From Geosiphon pyriformis uo1 (taxonomy: Eukaryota; Fungi; Glomeromycota), in NCBI GenBank assembly GCA_016748015.1, contig JAAOMT010000197.1:344388-408387 (forward strand): a stretch of DNA of 64,000 bases. The letters are read 5' to 3'. How positions within the stretch are numbered: the first letter of the stretch is position 1; the number at the start of each line of letters is the position of its first letter. Both the position numbers and the translations under genes were made by a program. Below are positions 15,148 through 27,098 of the stretch, piece after piece. The notes under the pieces were generated by a model that made no database searches, was not told the origin of the DNA, and worked only from the letters and a program-made list of their open reading frames with translations.

Positions 15148-16082
15148 TTGAATAATATATCTTCCGAAAATAGTTATGTAAGTGATCCTTTTGATCGCTT
15201 TATTCTTTCCGCTCGATTTTCCAAATAACCTGGAATTGAAAGGCCTAGAGGACAATAATAATTGTAATCATCTTTTACCACATTTTGTTTTTTCTTCGGT
15301 TGATCCGTTGACCGGTGTGCATATTGCAAAAATTATAAATTAAGTTTAACCGTTGGTCGATCTCAATGGCCCGTTACCTTCGTGAGTAAATGTTGAAATT
15401 TGTTTGCTTCTCACCTCTACTCATTTCATATTCAACGTTTATTCTCTTGGGTGTAGGGGTTGAAAAAACCTTGGGAAATTGGGGATCATCATCATGGCGA
15501 AGCTGATGAAAGCCATCATTGAGATTTTATTTCGAATTAAATGAGATGCCTTTTGTCTGAAGGAGTAGAAAGAGTTACAATTCATCCTTTTGTATTCTGT
15601 TTTTTTACAAATTTTGAAACAATTGGTTTGCTGTTTTAGCATCAGTGAGCCAAGAATTTCAAGCACTAAGATTGGCTATGTATATATCACTCAATCTTAG
15701 AATGAATATATAAAAGCTGAAAAAATAGAGCGCACGGTAGAATCTGAATTTTAATTTTCATAATAACTAAATGTGAGGACTTATTGATAGTTGAATAAGT
15801 CATTAGGCAAATTTTATTAGAGAAAACTGTATCAAAGCATAGCTCAGTATAATACGTTTAAGAGATCTCGCTTCTTGATTCAAGGCGCTCAGTCAGTTCA
15901 AAAGGATATGTGGATAATTCTAGCATTCTAATTCACCTTTTAAATAACATTAGTGATTTGACAATGGCTAAATAGTTTTTTTCATAAACCTGAAATTCTC
16001 GATCTTTAATCTTCTCATTCATTTATAACAACTAATGCCTGAATCCAATTTTTGTCTCGGCCAAGAAAGGTCGACTTCAAGG

Positions 16083-16738
16083 TTAATCAACTTCTTGAGT
16101 CCTGACACGAGCTTTCGCCTAATGAATAGAATATATGGGTATATTAGTGAAAAAATCAATATTGAGAATTTATATCGGAACCGTAATACTCACATTAGTA
16201 ACTCTTACAGACAATTCATCTGCACGTTTAATAATTTTTACCCTATTTCTTGAACTAACGTTATGAGCTGGAAATTACAATACGAAAATTGATTATATAG
16301 ATTAGAGTGAAATGAGAGAACCATTTCGAATTTTAGGATTTTACTTGCCTATTTCGGCAGCATAGGTCCTGTTGTGCATCAGCAGCAGTTCCAACTCCTT
16401 TACATTAGAAACTAGGAATTTCTTAAAGCCATTCGGCATCAAATGACGGGTCTTTTTGTTAGAGCCATAGCCGATTTTAGGCATAGGTAATTGACCCTTG
16501 AATCGGCGTCGAACACGATTATCAATACCCTTTGGCTTTCTCCATGATTCCTAAATTTTTAGATGGGTGAGTAGTTATTAAAAGAGATCAGATTAAAATG
16601 AGCGAGAAAAAGCTGGGTATAATATTGTCAAAAAGAATGAAAAATTGCCTTGACGGATTTATATCGGTCAGATTGATGACGCTTGAAAGGCTTTGTACGC
16701 TTCTTAACAATTTTGATCTTCTTGACCGGTTGGACCAT
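16083..16738 (-). CDS. RPL32: 60S ribosomal protein eL32 (missed by the ORF track); introns 16551-16648, 16268-16348 and 16119-16193
   Basis: Spliced translation: [30 protein letters not shown]|[36 protein letters not shown]...AAEI|[25 protein letters not shown]|[11 protein letters not shown]. Confidence 0.97.
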
Positions 16739-16805
16739 TTTCTAAAAAAATTTAATATCGAAGAATTGGATAAAAGGAAGCATCCCAATCATTTTTGAAA
16801 TCTTC

Positions 16806-16955
16806 TAATATACACATCTTTTTCAATTTGACTGAATCCCAAGTCTGGGGAGTTGACAAAGCAATGTCACAAAGTTTATTTAAGTATTAGGAATTTGATG
16901 ACCCAAAACGCATTAACCTGCTGGGACCTAGATCCTTCCTTTGAATAAGGTACTT
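16806..16955 (-). ncRNA. Candidate intronic H/ACA snoRNA in an RPL32 5'UTR intron
   Basis: About 150 nt with the layout hairpin - AAATAA (ANANNA) - hairpin - ATA, inside a 265-nt intron (16742-17006). Folded by eye only; no target identified. Confidence 0.3.
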
Positions 16956-17658
16956 TTGTTATAACTCTAAAATATACTTTATATAAAATCAGGTTCCCAA
17001 ACTTACTGCCGCTTTGGTCAGCATTAAGAGAAGAAAATTGAAATCACATTCGGACACAGGAACATTGTAATTCTAAATTGTCTTGAGGAACTGCAGGTAA
17101 ACACTTACCGAGTGGTGTTAGATTTTAAAGAAGTCACCTAGAAAAAGGATGGACAGAGAGCGAAAGTTTTTAACTCGCACATTTACATCAATAAAAATTT
17201 TATCCGTGAAGAGATTTGATGACGTAGTAGGATAATTCGTTGGATTTTTACCATTCAAGATTAAAAACAGATTCGATTTACTTGCTTCCTCCAAGTAAAA
17301 ATTTAAAAATGAAAGAAATCAAAAGATAAGCGGATATGGGAAATTTGACCATTTTTGTCTTTTGGTCGAGATCAATTAACCAGCATGGGTTTAATAATCC
17401 TTGAAATTATTACGTTTAGATAAGAGTTTTAGGTGAAAAGCTTCGATCCATTATGCTATTCAAAACTGAAAATTAATTACTCTGTGCTAAAGTCTATTAC
17501 CTCGGATGCTGTAAAGCCTACCTAATGGGATCAATCCTAATAATTTAGAGAACACCTATAAACAGCTACTACTCATTATATTTGTTACTGAAATATCAGT
17601 AATTATTATTTAAATATCCTATTTCAACCTATTTATTGAATACTCTCGCTCTTGGGCG

Positions 17659-19150
17659 GATTGCAACACATCAATAATAGGCAATACTAAGCATTGCTAT
17701 GTAAACCCTATTATTTCCTCCATGGTCACTGTAGGCCCGGAGAAAGATCCCGAACTTCTATCTATCACAATCCCATAATTCCGGCAGTTGTACATTTCGA
17801 ACCCCCCCCCCCATTCTTTGGATGTTGCCACATTGACTACAAGTCTTGGATGTGTAAGCTTCGTTCTGGATAGTAACACGAGCCCTTAATTCCTCGGCCT
17901 TGTTGATCAGGCGTTGTCGAAAGCAATAATACGCCAACAAAGCATTTCCCGGTCTGTTTTTTATGTAACCCTTCTTGTCTTGCGATTCACCATGTCCGAC
18001 ACTTCAAAAAGAGAAATAACAATAGCATCAAATTCACGGGTGAAGAATCTAATTGATTTCAGATGAATTTCACTTTGTAGATGTATAACTTTTTGACACA
18101 TCCGAGAAATCGCTTTATCGAGTCGTCAGGCCATTTCATTCTTACGTTTTGAGGAGGATGTTAATAACTTATCCTTTTAGCAAATAAAATCATTCAAATA
18201 CCTGCAAATACCAACTATACGTCCAATAGAATGTTTCCCAAGCTTGCCTAGACCTTTTGTAGGAGAGTACCATGTAAAAGGTGTACGGACGCCAGAGACA
18301 GCATGAACAAAGCCATCTGCTTGAGTTTCGCGGAGCTGTTTTTTGCATCTCGTATATCCATGCAAACTTCCACTCATTAGTTTGACGATAGTAAATGAAC
18401 TCGCCATTCGACATTATCTTGTGAGGAAAAGGCCACCTATTATTATACCTCTTTTTTTTCCGAAATGAAAAGGCCACACAGCACGCTCATCACTATCCAG
18501 AATGTTGGTAGACTTGTAAAGATAAGTAGTAAACATCAATAGATTATGGAGATGAGTGACATAGAAACGATTCCATGTGGATTTCGAAAATTTTTTTGCA
18601 GATCTTTTCGAGATCGAACGATAGAATGTGCTGATAGGCCTTGCCGATTCGCATTACGCTTAATTACTTGTTCCCTAGCAATTAATGCTTCATCAATTAT
18701 ATTCACTTACGCTTTGCCGTGCATACCTTGAAGCAACATTCCGAGACACACAACAGTTCGCACGAACTTGAACTCGCCCCATATTGCAGCTTTTCGAAAA
18801 TTTTCATCTTCGTGTTCATTAGCGTTTTTTCCTGCCCAAACATCTGTGCGAAGTTTAAGTTTATCTTTGATGAATTGAGGCTTTATTCAAGCCAGTTGTG
18901 ATGGACAGATATGGGAATTTTTGATATAAAAGCGGCGATGTTGACTCCAACGACTGGTTCAAAAGCTGGTTTGAAGAACAGCTTAACTAATAATTTACAG
19001 TTGATAGTATATTCTATCTGACGTTTGCTATCGCTTTTCCCTTGCGTTTTTCCCCTGTTCTGAAAGTCTATCACGGTGGGTGACCACAATTTCCGCGGCT
19101 TGTTCATTCCAATAGGGTCAAAAGTCCCAATCGTTCACTGAGGAGTTGGT
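17659..19150 (-). mobile_element. Decayed Fanzor2 (IS607-TnpB-like RNA-guided nuclease) element
   Basis: Frameshifted fragments in the expected order: KLWSPTVIDF; (D)xGVRTPFTWYSP (RuvC-I); FFTREFDAIVISLFEVSDMV (RuvC-II); FRQRLINKAEE; EAYTSKTCSQCG...YNCRNYGIVIDR (Zn finger and RuvC-III). The left end is approximate. Confidence 0.88.
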
Positions 19151-19510
19151 AGGTTGAAGAGCAAAGTAGGAGTTGCTTTTATCGCTCGGGATCCTTTTTA
19201 ATAGCAGAAATGGTGAAAGTAGCTCCAGAGAATATCAAACTTGGGGTTCATCAAACAGCAATATCTCAATCTCTTTTAACGATTGAAAAATTTTTTAAAT
19301 AGCTTCAATTAAAAGATATGTTTGTAACCTCGTGAATTGTACTTCACATACGAAGATATATTATAATAAAGCTCAACAAGTTTTCAATCTTTTTACGTTC
19401 ACCAAAAATTATAAAAGTCCAAGAGAACATAAGTCAAAGTTTCTGCCTCGTGCTTGAACCTATTACCGTTCTTTTTCACCTTGCAAATTTCAATGGCGAG
19501 CAGATATCTC

Positions 19511-20215
19511 TCAAAACAAAAGCGGAAGAAACATTTTCCTCTTTTCCTTATACTCATTCCACTCTTTCCCAAATCTCTCTTTCAAGGCTTTCTCCTCTAT
19601 TTCAATACGTAACGTGGTAACGACCAAAATAATCACCACTTCAACCAAAGTGTACAGCCAAACTAATCGTATCCACCTTGCATGTTGTATCCATAACGGC
19701 CAAGACTTTACAATCCTCCAAATCAAATATGTTTCCGCAGCTTGAATCATAATTAAACCACTATATGAGGGGTGCCTCACATAAGCGTACGGTCCCTCCT
19801 TAATCAAACGATGTTTCTCATGAATTGTAATTTGAAAAGTAAAAAAATGGTCCAAGGTTCTGAAGCACCAAATTCGTAGTAACCCACCAGCGATTCCAAG
19901 CGTTACAAGTATTATATCGGCTAAGGTCCAAGAAGCTAAAGGTGCTGCAATAGGTGGTTGTTCCGTGTAGGGTGAAGTACATAGTTGAGAGTTAGAACAA
20001 ATTGGATTTTGTTGATGATACATGAAGAAAAGGTAGGTTAAACTAATAAAAATTGCGATGAATTTCTCTATGGAAAGTAAAAATTTAAATAATCGAGGTT
20101 TAGAAAAGAAGTGTTCACGTACGATTTGGCCAGATTCGTGAATTTCCGTTGGCGGGGTTAAAACGTACAATTTTAAAATTATTAGAACCGTGATTGCTAA
20201 GACTTTTGTATACAT
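19511..20215 (-). CDS. ICMT/STE14-family (isoprenylcysteine carboxyl methyltransferase-like) membrane protein, intronless
   Basis: Motifs LRIWCFRTLDHFF, HRLIKEGPYAYVRHPSYSG and RIEIEEKALKERFGKEWNEY; several TM segments. Confidence 0.88.
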   Translation of the reverse strand: MYTKVLAITVLIILKLYVLTPPTEIHESGQIVREHFFSKPRLFKFLLSIEKFIAIFISLTYLFFMYHQQNPICSNSQLCTSPYTEQPPIAAPLASWTLADIILVTLGIAGGLLRIWCFRTLDHFFTFQITIHEKHRLIKEGPYAYVRHPSYSGLIMIQAAETYLIWRIVKSWPLWIQHARWIRLVWLYTLVEVVIILVVTTLRIEIEEKALKERFGKEWNEYKEKRKMFLPLLF

Positions 20216-20415
20216 TCTTTTAAATTGTCAATAATCTTTCCTCATTTTAAGTTTTGCGGCCAACATTTATAGAATGAGTTTATTCTCCATCCATCAAAAA
20301 GTTTCGTGATCATCCTTGTTAATGCATCATTCTTTAGTAATATTATTTTTTAAGTAACTGTGTATGACAAGAATTGCGACTAGACTAAAGCGGGTACTAA
20401 CTTGTTTGACATGTA

Positions 20416-21403
20416 CACGTTATCACGCCAGAAATCAAACAGTTGCCACCATGCTACACTGACCAAGAAGGCTTAGAGATTTTTTTTCCCACGTTCCCAT
20501 GAATTTTTGAAAAAACGACCTGCAAAAGGCGTTTTGTCGTGATCTTGCACTATCGAATTATTGTTAGGCCAATTGAACAACTTTGGGTGTCGAAAAATTT
20601 ATGTCGATTCCAAAGTAATATAGTACACAAGACAGACAGAAAATGTTGTGTGAACAGACTTTGAACAGTGAAATGGAGAATCACAGCGAATTGGGATCCA
20701 AGGAAAGAGAGCGTGCAATTTTTTTTTCGATACCTCCAAAAAACAACCGTTCACAAAATTTATTAGTAGCAACAAATATGATAGTCACATGTTCTCAATC
20801 ATTTGCCATTTGGAGTGTTTGCAACATTAGTTAACCATTCTTGGACCATTCGTGCCACGTGTTGAAATATAAGCAAATGATTGGTGGGGAAGTGTTAATA
20901 GTTTTTTGAGAATGTTGATCCTCTACCTCTGGATAGGGTTTTCGAGGGATATTTTACCTGTCTCTTCCAACCTCTTTACCTGCTGACCTTTTTATTATTT
21001 AGTCCCTTTTAGAATTTAGGGAAATTGATGTCAACATCCAATTCTTATATAGAATAGATGTTAATGTTATATTTGTGTGGCGCGAATTATATCTTTCTGT
21101 AAAACAAAAAGGAAATTTAATTTGATGCATAATCGTGACAGTGACAGTGACAATGACAGTGACAGTGACAGTGACAGTGACAGTGAATGATAACGGTGAA
21201 ATTAGTAATAAGAAACAAAATTATGAACTACGCGACCGGGGCTATAAAAATACTTGCAAATTTAAGTTGGCCCAACTTTTTGATCGCTAATAATAAAGAT
21301 TATTTTTTTCCTTTAAATCTAACTATCATAATACACACACGCGGATCCACGTTTTTTTATTAAACTGATTGATCATTATTCACACGACGCGTTTTATCAC
21401 GTT
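20416..21403. promoter_or_regulatory. Cluster of five CACGTK (Pho4-type E-box) motifs upstream of the PHO80 cyclin
   Basis: CACGTT at 20416, 20490, 21348 and 21398; CACGTG at 20856. Confidence 0.35.
21135..21186. repeat. (GTGACA)n microsatellite
   Basis: About 8 tandem gtgaca units with one variant. Confidence 0.9.
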
Positions 21404-22068
21404 TTATGATTTTAATGATGTTCTACTAAATTTATAGAAATGGTTAAAGACTTTTCGTACGACATAGGACATGACATCACCCCCATTGTTTCAGAAAAAT
21501 TTCTCGCCAATCATGAAAAGAAAAAAGTGTAATGCCTGTGCTCAGTTTACTCTAACCTTAATAGTAGAAGCTGTCTTAACAACGCAACTCGCGACCATCA
21601 CCATCATCCAACATAATCATCGAAATTTTTTAGCACCACTGTACGCTCTCCCACTTCTCTTAACCTTTTTCTTCACCAAATTGAATTCTTGAGAGTGTAA
21701 AAAAAGTTCAACCCCCCTACCATTTACTGTCTCTATTCAAGAAAAATTTTTAAAACCTGGTCCACCTATTCTTTTCATTTCTGAACCCTGTCTGTGTACG
21801 GTTATATCTTTCCCATCACACTACTCAAGTCTCTTTTGGCAAACCTCTCAATCTTTTTATCAATTTCATTATCTGGGAACCCGAACGCGCGCGCTCGGTT
21901 TAAAAAAACAATCTAGCCCAGGAGGAAAATTGAAAGCAAATTACAAAAATAAAGCAGAAACAACCAACCTTTTCTCCTCACATACACACACACCTCGAAG
22001 AAATTTGCATACTTTCAACTATTCTGAAATACTTGGCCAGTCCATCTTGGAGGCTGTGCTGTATCAAA

Positions 22069-22853
22069 ATGAATCACGCGCCTTTAACCGTAATTGAAGT
22101 TCCAGAGCTCTTCTATAGAGTTGACCCAATTCATTTGATGAATATGATCGGTTTGTAAATATTACGCTAGAATCCTTTTTTTTTCGAAAAAGATACACAC
22201 TGTTGGAAGAATGGGATGGAAGGCTCCATGAATTTTCGTTTTGTATCTTTCAAATATTTTTTTAAATTTTCAGCTCATTATTCTTGTCAAAATTTTACGC
22301 TCATATACACACAGCTGATATGTTGGGTCGACTAATCGCCCATAATGATCAAATACCCCTGACACCTTCCAACCTCACCAGATTTCATTCTCGAGCCCCG
22401 CCTACCATATCAATAGCCGATTACCTTCGGCGAATTATTCGATATACCTCGGTGGAACGTGTCTGTCTTCTTATCATTCTTATATATATAGATCGTGTGT
22501 GTGAAAGGCACAGGACATTCACAATATCTTCTTTAACTGTGCACCGTTTCATAATTGCCGCTGTTACCGTGTCATCCAAAGCACTGTGTGATTCCTATTG
22601 CACAAATTCACATTATGCACGAGTTGGTGGAATATCTACACAGGAATTGAACACTCTTGAACTAGAGTTTTTATCACTGATCGATTGGCATTTAATTTGC
22701 CCAGAGGAGACTATGCAGAGTTATTATGTGAATTTAGTAAAACAACATCCCAACTATCGCAGAGTCATTTCTTCAGATTCTGATCAGTATGATTCTACAT
22801 CGCCCACTCTGGGCATCTCACAACCGGATGTCCATATGCAAGAGAACACTTAA
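22069..22853 (+). CDS. PHO80: PHO80/Pcl-family cyclin (exons 22069-22150 and 22315-22853)
   Basis: Motifs LIAHNDQIPL, TRFHSRAPPTISIADYLRRI, IYIDR, VHRFIIAAVTVSSKALCDSYCTNSHYARVGG and ELNTLELEFL. Confidence 0.9.
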
Positions 22854-24500
22854 TAATATGTCCTAATGATGGCCCTTACTACTAAAAAAATCCATGCGGC
22901 AAGAAGAATTTTGGCTCAAAGCAAATGTTGACTTGATTGATGATTGCAGAAAAGAAATTTAAGCTTGCAGCAAATTTAAGTTGTATTTATACACAAACCA
23001 AAAGACAAAAGACATTTTCTTCTGATAACTGTAGAACTATAAGTTTGAAAGTTTGGAATTTTGATTATTCTCATTCTTGTTCTTTCTAAAAAGGAGTTGT
23101 CGGCTCAGTTTGGGTTGAACAGCGACAAGGGGTTTGCACTTGATGGGATGGGAATATTGGCTGGCAGGCAGGCAAGGAAACCGATTTGAAGTTGATGTGG
23201 CTAGTAATCTGTATTGAGAGAGAGAAATACTTTATTGTTCCTGCCATAAAAGCGTCTCAAGTTGGGATGCGAAATAAAGCACCAAAAAAAATTGGTGAAA
23301 AAAGAACTAGATTAGAAACCTGGAAGTTGATGACACCACTGTTGTCCACTCTTATTTCCTTCAAATCAGAGAAAGTAGCAACAATAGTAGTAAAAAAAGT
23401 CACATGAAAATATTTCACTCCTTTTTTGCTTGATCTGTCTTTCCCCGCCCATCACTTTCAACGATCATCCCCATTACTTTACTTTCTGTATACATTTGGT
23501 TGATTTTTAATATTTCAAGTTACTTTCTATCACCACCACTTATAGCATAATTTTCAAATGCTTGTAAATAAATCAAAAAGTTTCCAACAACTATTACCAC
23601 TGGCATTATTACTTCTTATTTAGCATTTCTCATTTTCTCCCTCTTTCAATCACTTTTTTCCCATTCCATCTTTGTTTTCTCCTCTTTTTTAATCATTGTA
23701 AATTTTTTATAGAAAGTAAATCAATGTTCTCGAATAGGACAAAAAGCAAAATTACCAGTGATTTATTAATGACGTCATCATTAATTCTACCCAAAAGAAA
23801 CAAGCAAATGACACCAAGAACCTTTGTGAGTGTAATAAAAATGGCATAAAACAACACAAATTTTTGAATTTTTGACATGGCATTACATTGTTCTTCAGGT
23901 GAAGATCGAGGAACGGTGATCGGGTCAATAAAAAAGATGATGTTTGGAAATTTTCTGAACGGGCCCAAATTATAGGTGACATTAAAACTTGGATTTAAAT
24001 ATAATGGCACGGCCAATAAGAATTTAGGGATTATGATCAATCTTGAAAAAAAGAAAAAATATATTTATACCAATATCTTTCTCAATTCCCAACCATACCA
24101 GATATGGAACAGCTTATGGATTGGCTCACTCGCCTCCGCCCAAAGTTTGTTTGTTCATCGAATTCGGATATTTTGCGTTACAAAAACCCCTCAATTCACA
24201 TCTTACTTATTTTGATACTGGACCAGTTTCCAAGCTGGTTTATCCCTCTTTCTTTGGTTAGTCCAAATCAGTTTCCTTTTTTTTTTGATTTATTGAGTTG
24301 CAAAGAACTTTGCCTATTTGTGCTCGAATGCAGGTAAAATATTCGGATTCCAGATGTAATTAGCAACTCAATGAATGGCGATATATTTTTGCACAAATAA
24401 TCTATTTATGCTCTCACCTTTTTTCGTTTGCTCGAAATAAACCTTCATGTGAACAAAATGATTTCTAAATAAGTTAGGAATAAAATCAATTTATCCAAAT

Positions 24501-25623
24501 TCAGTTTTGATCATCTTTTATGTTCACTTCTTCATGCATCAAGACATATTCACGCGTGCTGAAACCAAATTTGACGACATCCGCCAACTTTAATTCAAAA
24601 TAACGTGTAGTTGGAATACGTATACCATTTACGTATGTCCCATTACTAGATTCAAGATCAATAACATATGGTCTGTATTAAAGATAAATTTAAAGTCAGC
24701 AATCAGAACCATACAAATAGTTTCATCCAGACTAGTATTGCAGACGAATACTTGCTTCACTGAAGAATGTGGTTTGCCGTAGTCATCTTTTTCAGATATT
24801 TGTCGATATTGCAAAACGGCATGTTGTTTCGAGCAAGAAGGATGATCGATAGGGATATCAGCAATCTGTTAAATTTAGCAAAAAATTTGTTTAATCTAAA
24901 GCTAAGAATGAAAAATCAAACAACATGTTTCAATCAAGGTCTTACAAGCCTATCGCGACCTAATAAATAGGCACTTTGGCGATGAATATGAAGCAAATCT
25001 TGTAATTGAGTCAATGTCATATTTGAGATGAAGTTAAGGTAATAGAAATTGAAAATTAATAAGAAAAAAACAAAATTGTCAGGATGATTAATAATCACGA
25101 GTAGGAACATACCTACTTGCTCTTCTCCTTTAAAAACATAAAGTCTCCATTTCTCAAGTGGTTTTCTAGCTTCGGGAGGCTCATGATATTTTAACACCAC
25201 TCCATTAAATGTATTCGTTTCAGCAGCAAGTTTCCCAGATAAGCCAAAATTGGGTTTTTGAGATGAGTTTTTATCACCTTTTGCATGAGGTGAGCGAGAC
25301 CGTGGCTTCCGAACAGGAGAATTTGATTTTCTAAAACCTCGACGTCGATCTTCAGGCCCTTGAAAGGAGTTTCTTCGACCTCGTTCTCTTTGAGGTATAG
25401 ATCTTGAGCGTGAACGTGATCTATGGGGTGAACGGGACTGATTTCGAGGAGAGGTTCGACTTATAGAACGGTTCTGAGGAGACTTTGAATGAGTTCGTCC
25501 CCTTCGCCGCCTTGATGGAGGCGGGGAACGTGAAATGGAAAGCCGTTTATCTCTATTTCGATGATTTTGATATTTGAAACTGCGGGAATCACGTCCCACC
25601 TCTCTAGAGGGTGAAGAGGGCAT
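24501..25623 (-). CDS. PML1: SNIP1/Pml1 FHA-domain RES-complex splicing factor
   Basis: RS-rich N-terminus, then KPNFGLSGKLAAETN, LKYHEPPEARKP..WRLYVFKG, AYLLGRDR, DHPSCSKQHAVLQYR and KFGFSTREYVL. Confidence 0.92.
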
Positions 25624-26338
25624 TTAGGATATCAAATTTCAAAGTAGCTAGGTGAATGCAATACCCAAAGAGCAGTTGATATCACAAGTTGCTGATCTGT
25701 GGAACAGTAAAAAATATAAATTTCAATAGTTTCCATTTTGCATGTGCTTTTAAGAAAACCCTTACCTTTATATGGTTAAAAAGATCCACAATTCAGGCTG
25801 CCTTAATAACCTATTTTTTTAACTGCAAATTTATTCTCAGATACGAAGCTGTTGTGATTTTAAAAAGAATTTTTCTTTTAATTTATCTTAATATCTTTAA
25901 ACTAATGTAATTTTTTCTTTTATTAATTTTATCTGTTTTTAATATATAATTACTTTATCAAGTATTTTTGATTAATTATTAATACAATATCTTACTTTTA
26001 CAATAAATTAATTAAAAATTTTAAAGATAAAGTTTTAAAAAATACTTTTATGAATTTTTTCAAATTATAGCCATATAATTTAAACTTAAAACTATGTATT
26101 TTTTATTTTATTTATTGTTAATATTTATTATATTATTTTGCAATTGTGATTTTAAAATTATTTTAAATTGGTTTAGTGTTTTTAAATTAATAAATTTAGA
26201 TGATTTCTATATTTTATTTAATAAGCTTATAAAAATTTCAAAAAATAAAAACACAAAAAATTGATTTATTAATAATATTATGTTTTAAAACAAATTAAAT
26301 TTATATATAAACAATAAAAACAACAAAAATTAATACAA

Positions 26339-26340
<2 letters not shown>

Positions 26341-26381
<41 letters not shown>
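26341..26381. repeat. (TAT)n microsatellite
   Basis: About 13 tandem tat units. Confidence 0.9.
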
Positions 26382-26384
<3 letters not shown>

Positions 26385-27098
26385 TAAATTGCTTATTAAA
26401 AAAATAAAAAACACTAAAATAAATTAGTCACTATATTAAAAAAATTAAAAATTAAGTATTATCAACTATTATTATTATTGAATTTCTGTTTATTATACAA
26501 AAAACTCAATTAACTAAAACTTTTAGATAATTAAAATCTTTAAAATAATTAATAAATTTAAAATACCAACTTATAAGTTTATATATTATTTAACAATTTA
26601 TATTATTTAATGCTTTTTGTAAAATATAATTTACAGAAAACAAAATTATTATTAAATTCAATTAGAAAAATGACAAAATTAGAATTTACAAAAATTAATT
26701 ATTTAAAATTTACAAAATTACTATATAAATACTTCCAAAAAAATTTAAGTTTAATTATAAATTATTTTTCAAAAAAATTAAATACAGTTTAAAAAAAACA
26801 ATTAACTTGGAATTTACAAAAACAAAATTTCATAAAAAATTTAAATATATTAATTTTATTTTGTAAATACATTAACAAAAATTCATTCAAAAATATACAA
26901 ATATATTTAAAAAAAATTTTATTCATTATGAAAAATAAAAAATACTGTTTTAAATACTAGCTGTAATTTTATTTTTATTTTATTAACGAGTGAGGTCCAA
27001 ACACTACCTAGTACAATACATCATATTAGTGATCTAAACTAGGTGTGAATCATGCTTTTTCTACACGTGACCAGCCACTCAGACTAGTCAAGACAACA

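Noticed and set aside
12865-20215. Functional cluster of a CAAX protein (PRL) and an ICMT-like enzyme
   Set aside because: Separated by unrelated genes, and the substrate of the ICMT-like protein is unknown; likely coincidence.
23690-24340. Possible small spliced plus-strand gene (gtgagt/cag signals, ORF 24104-24337)
   Set aside because: Could not build a stop-free model with a start codon.
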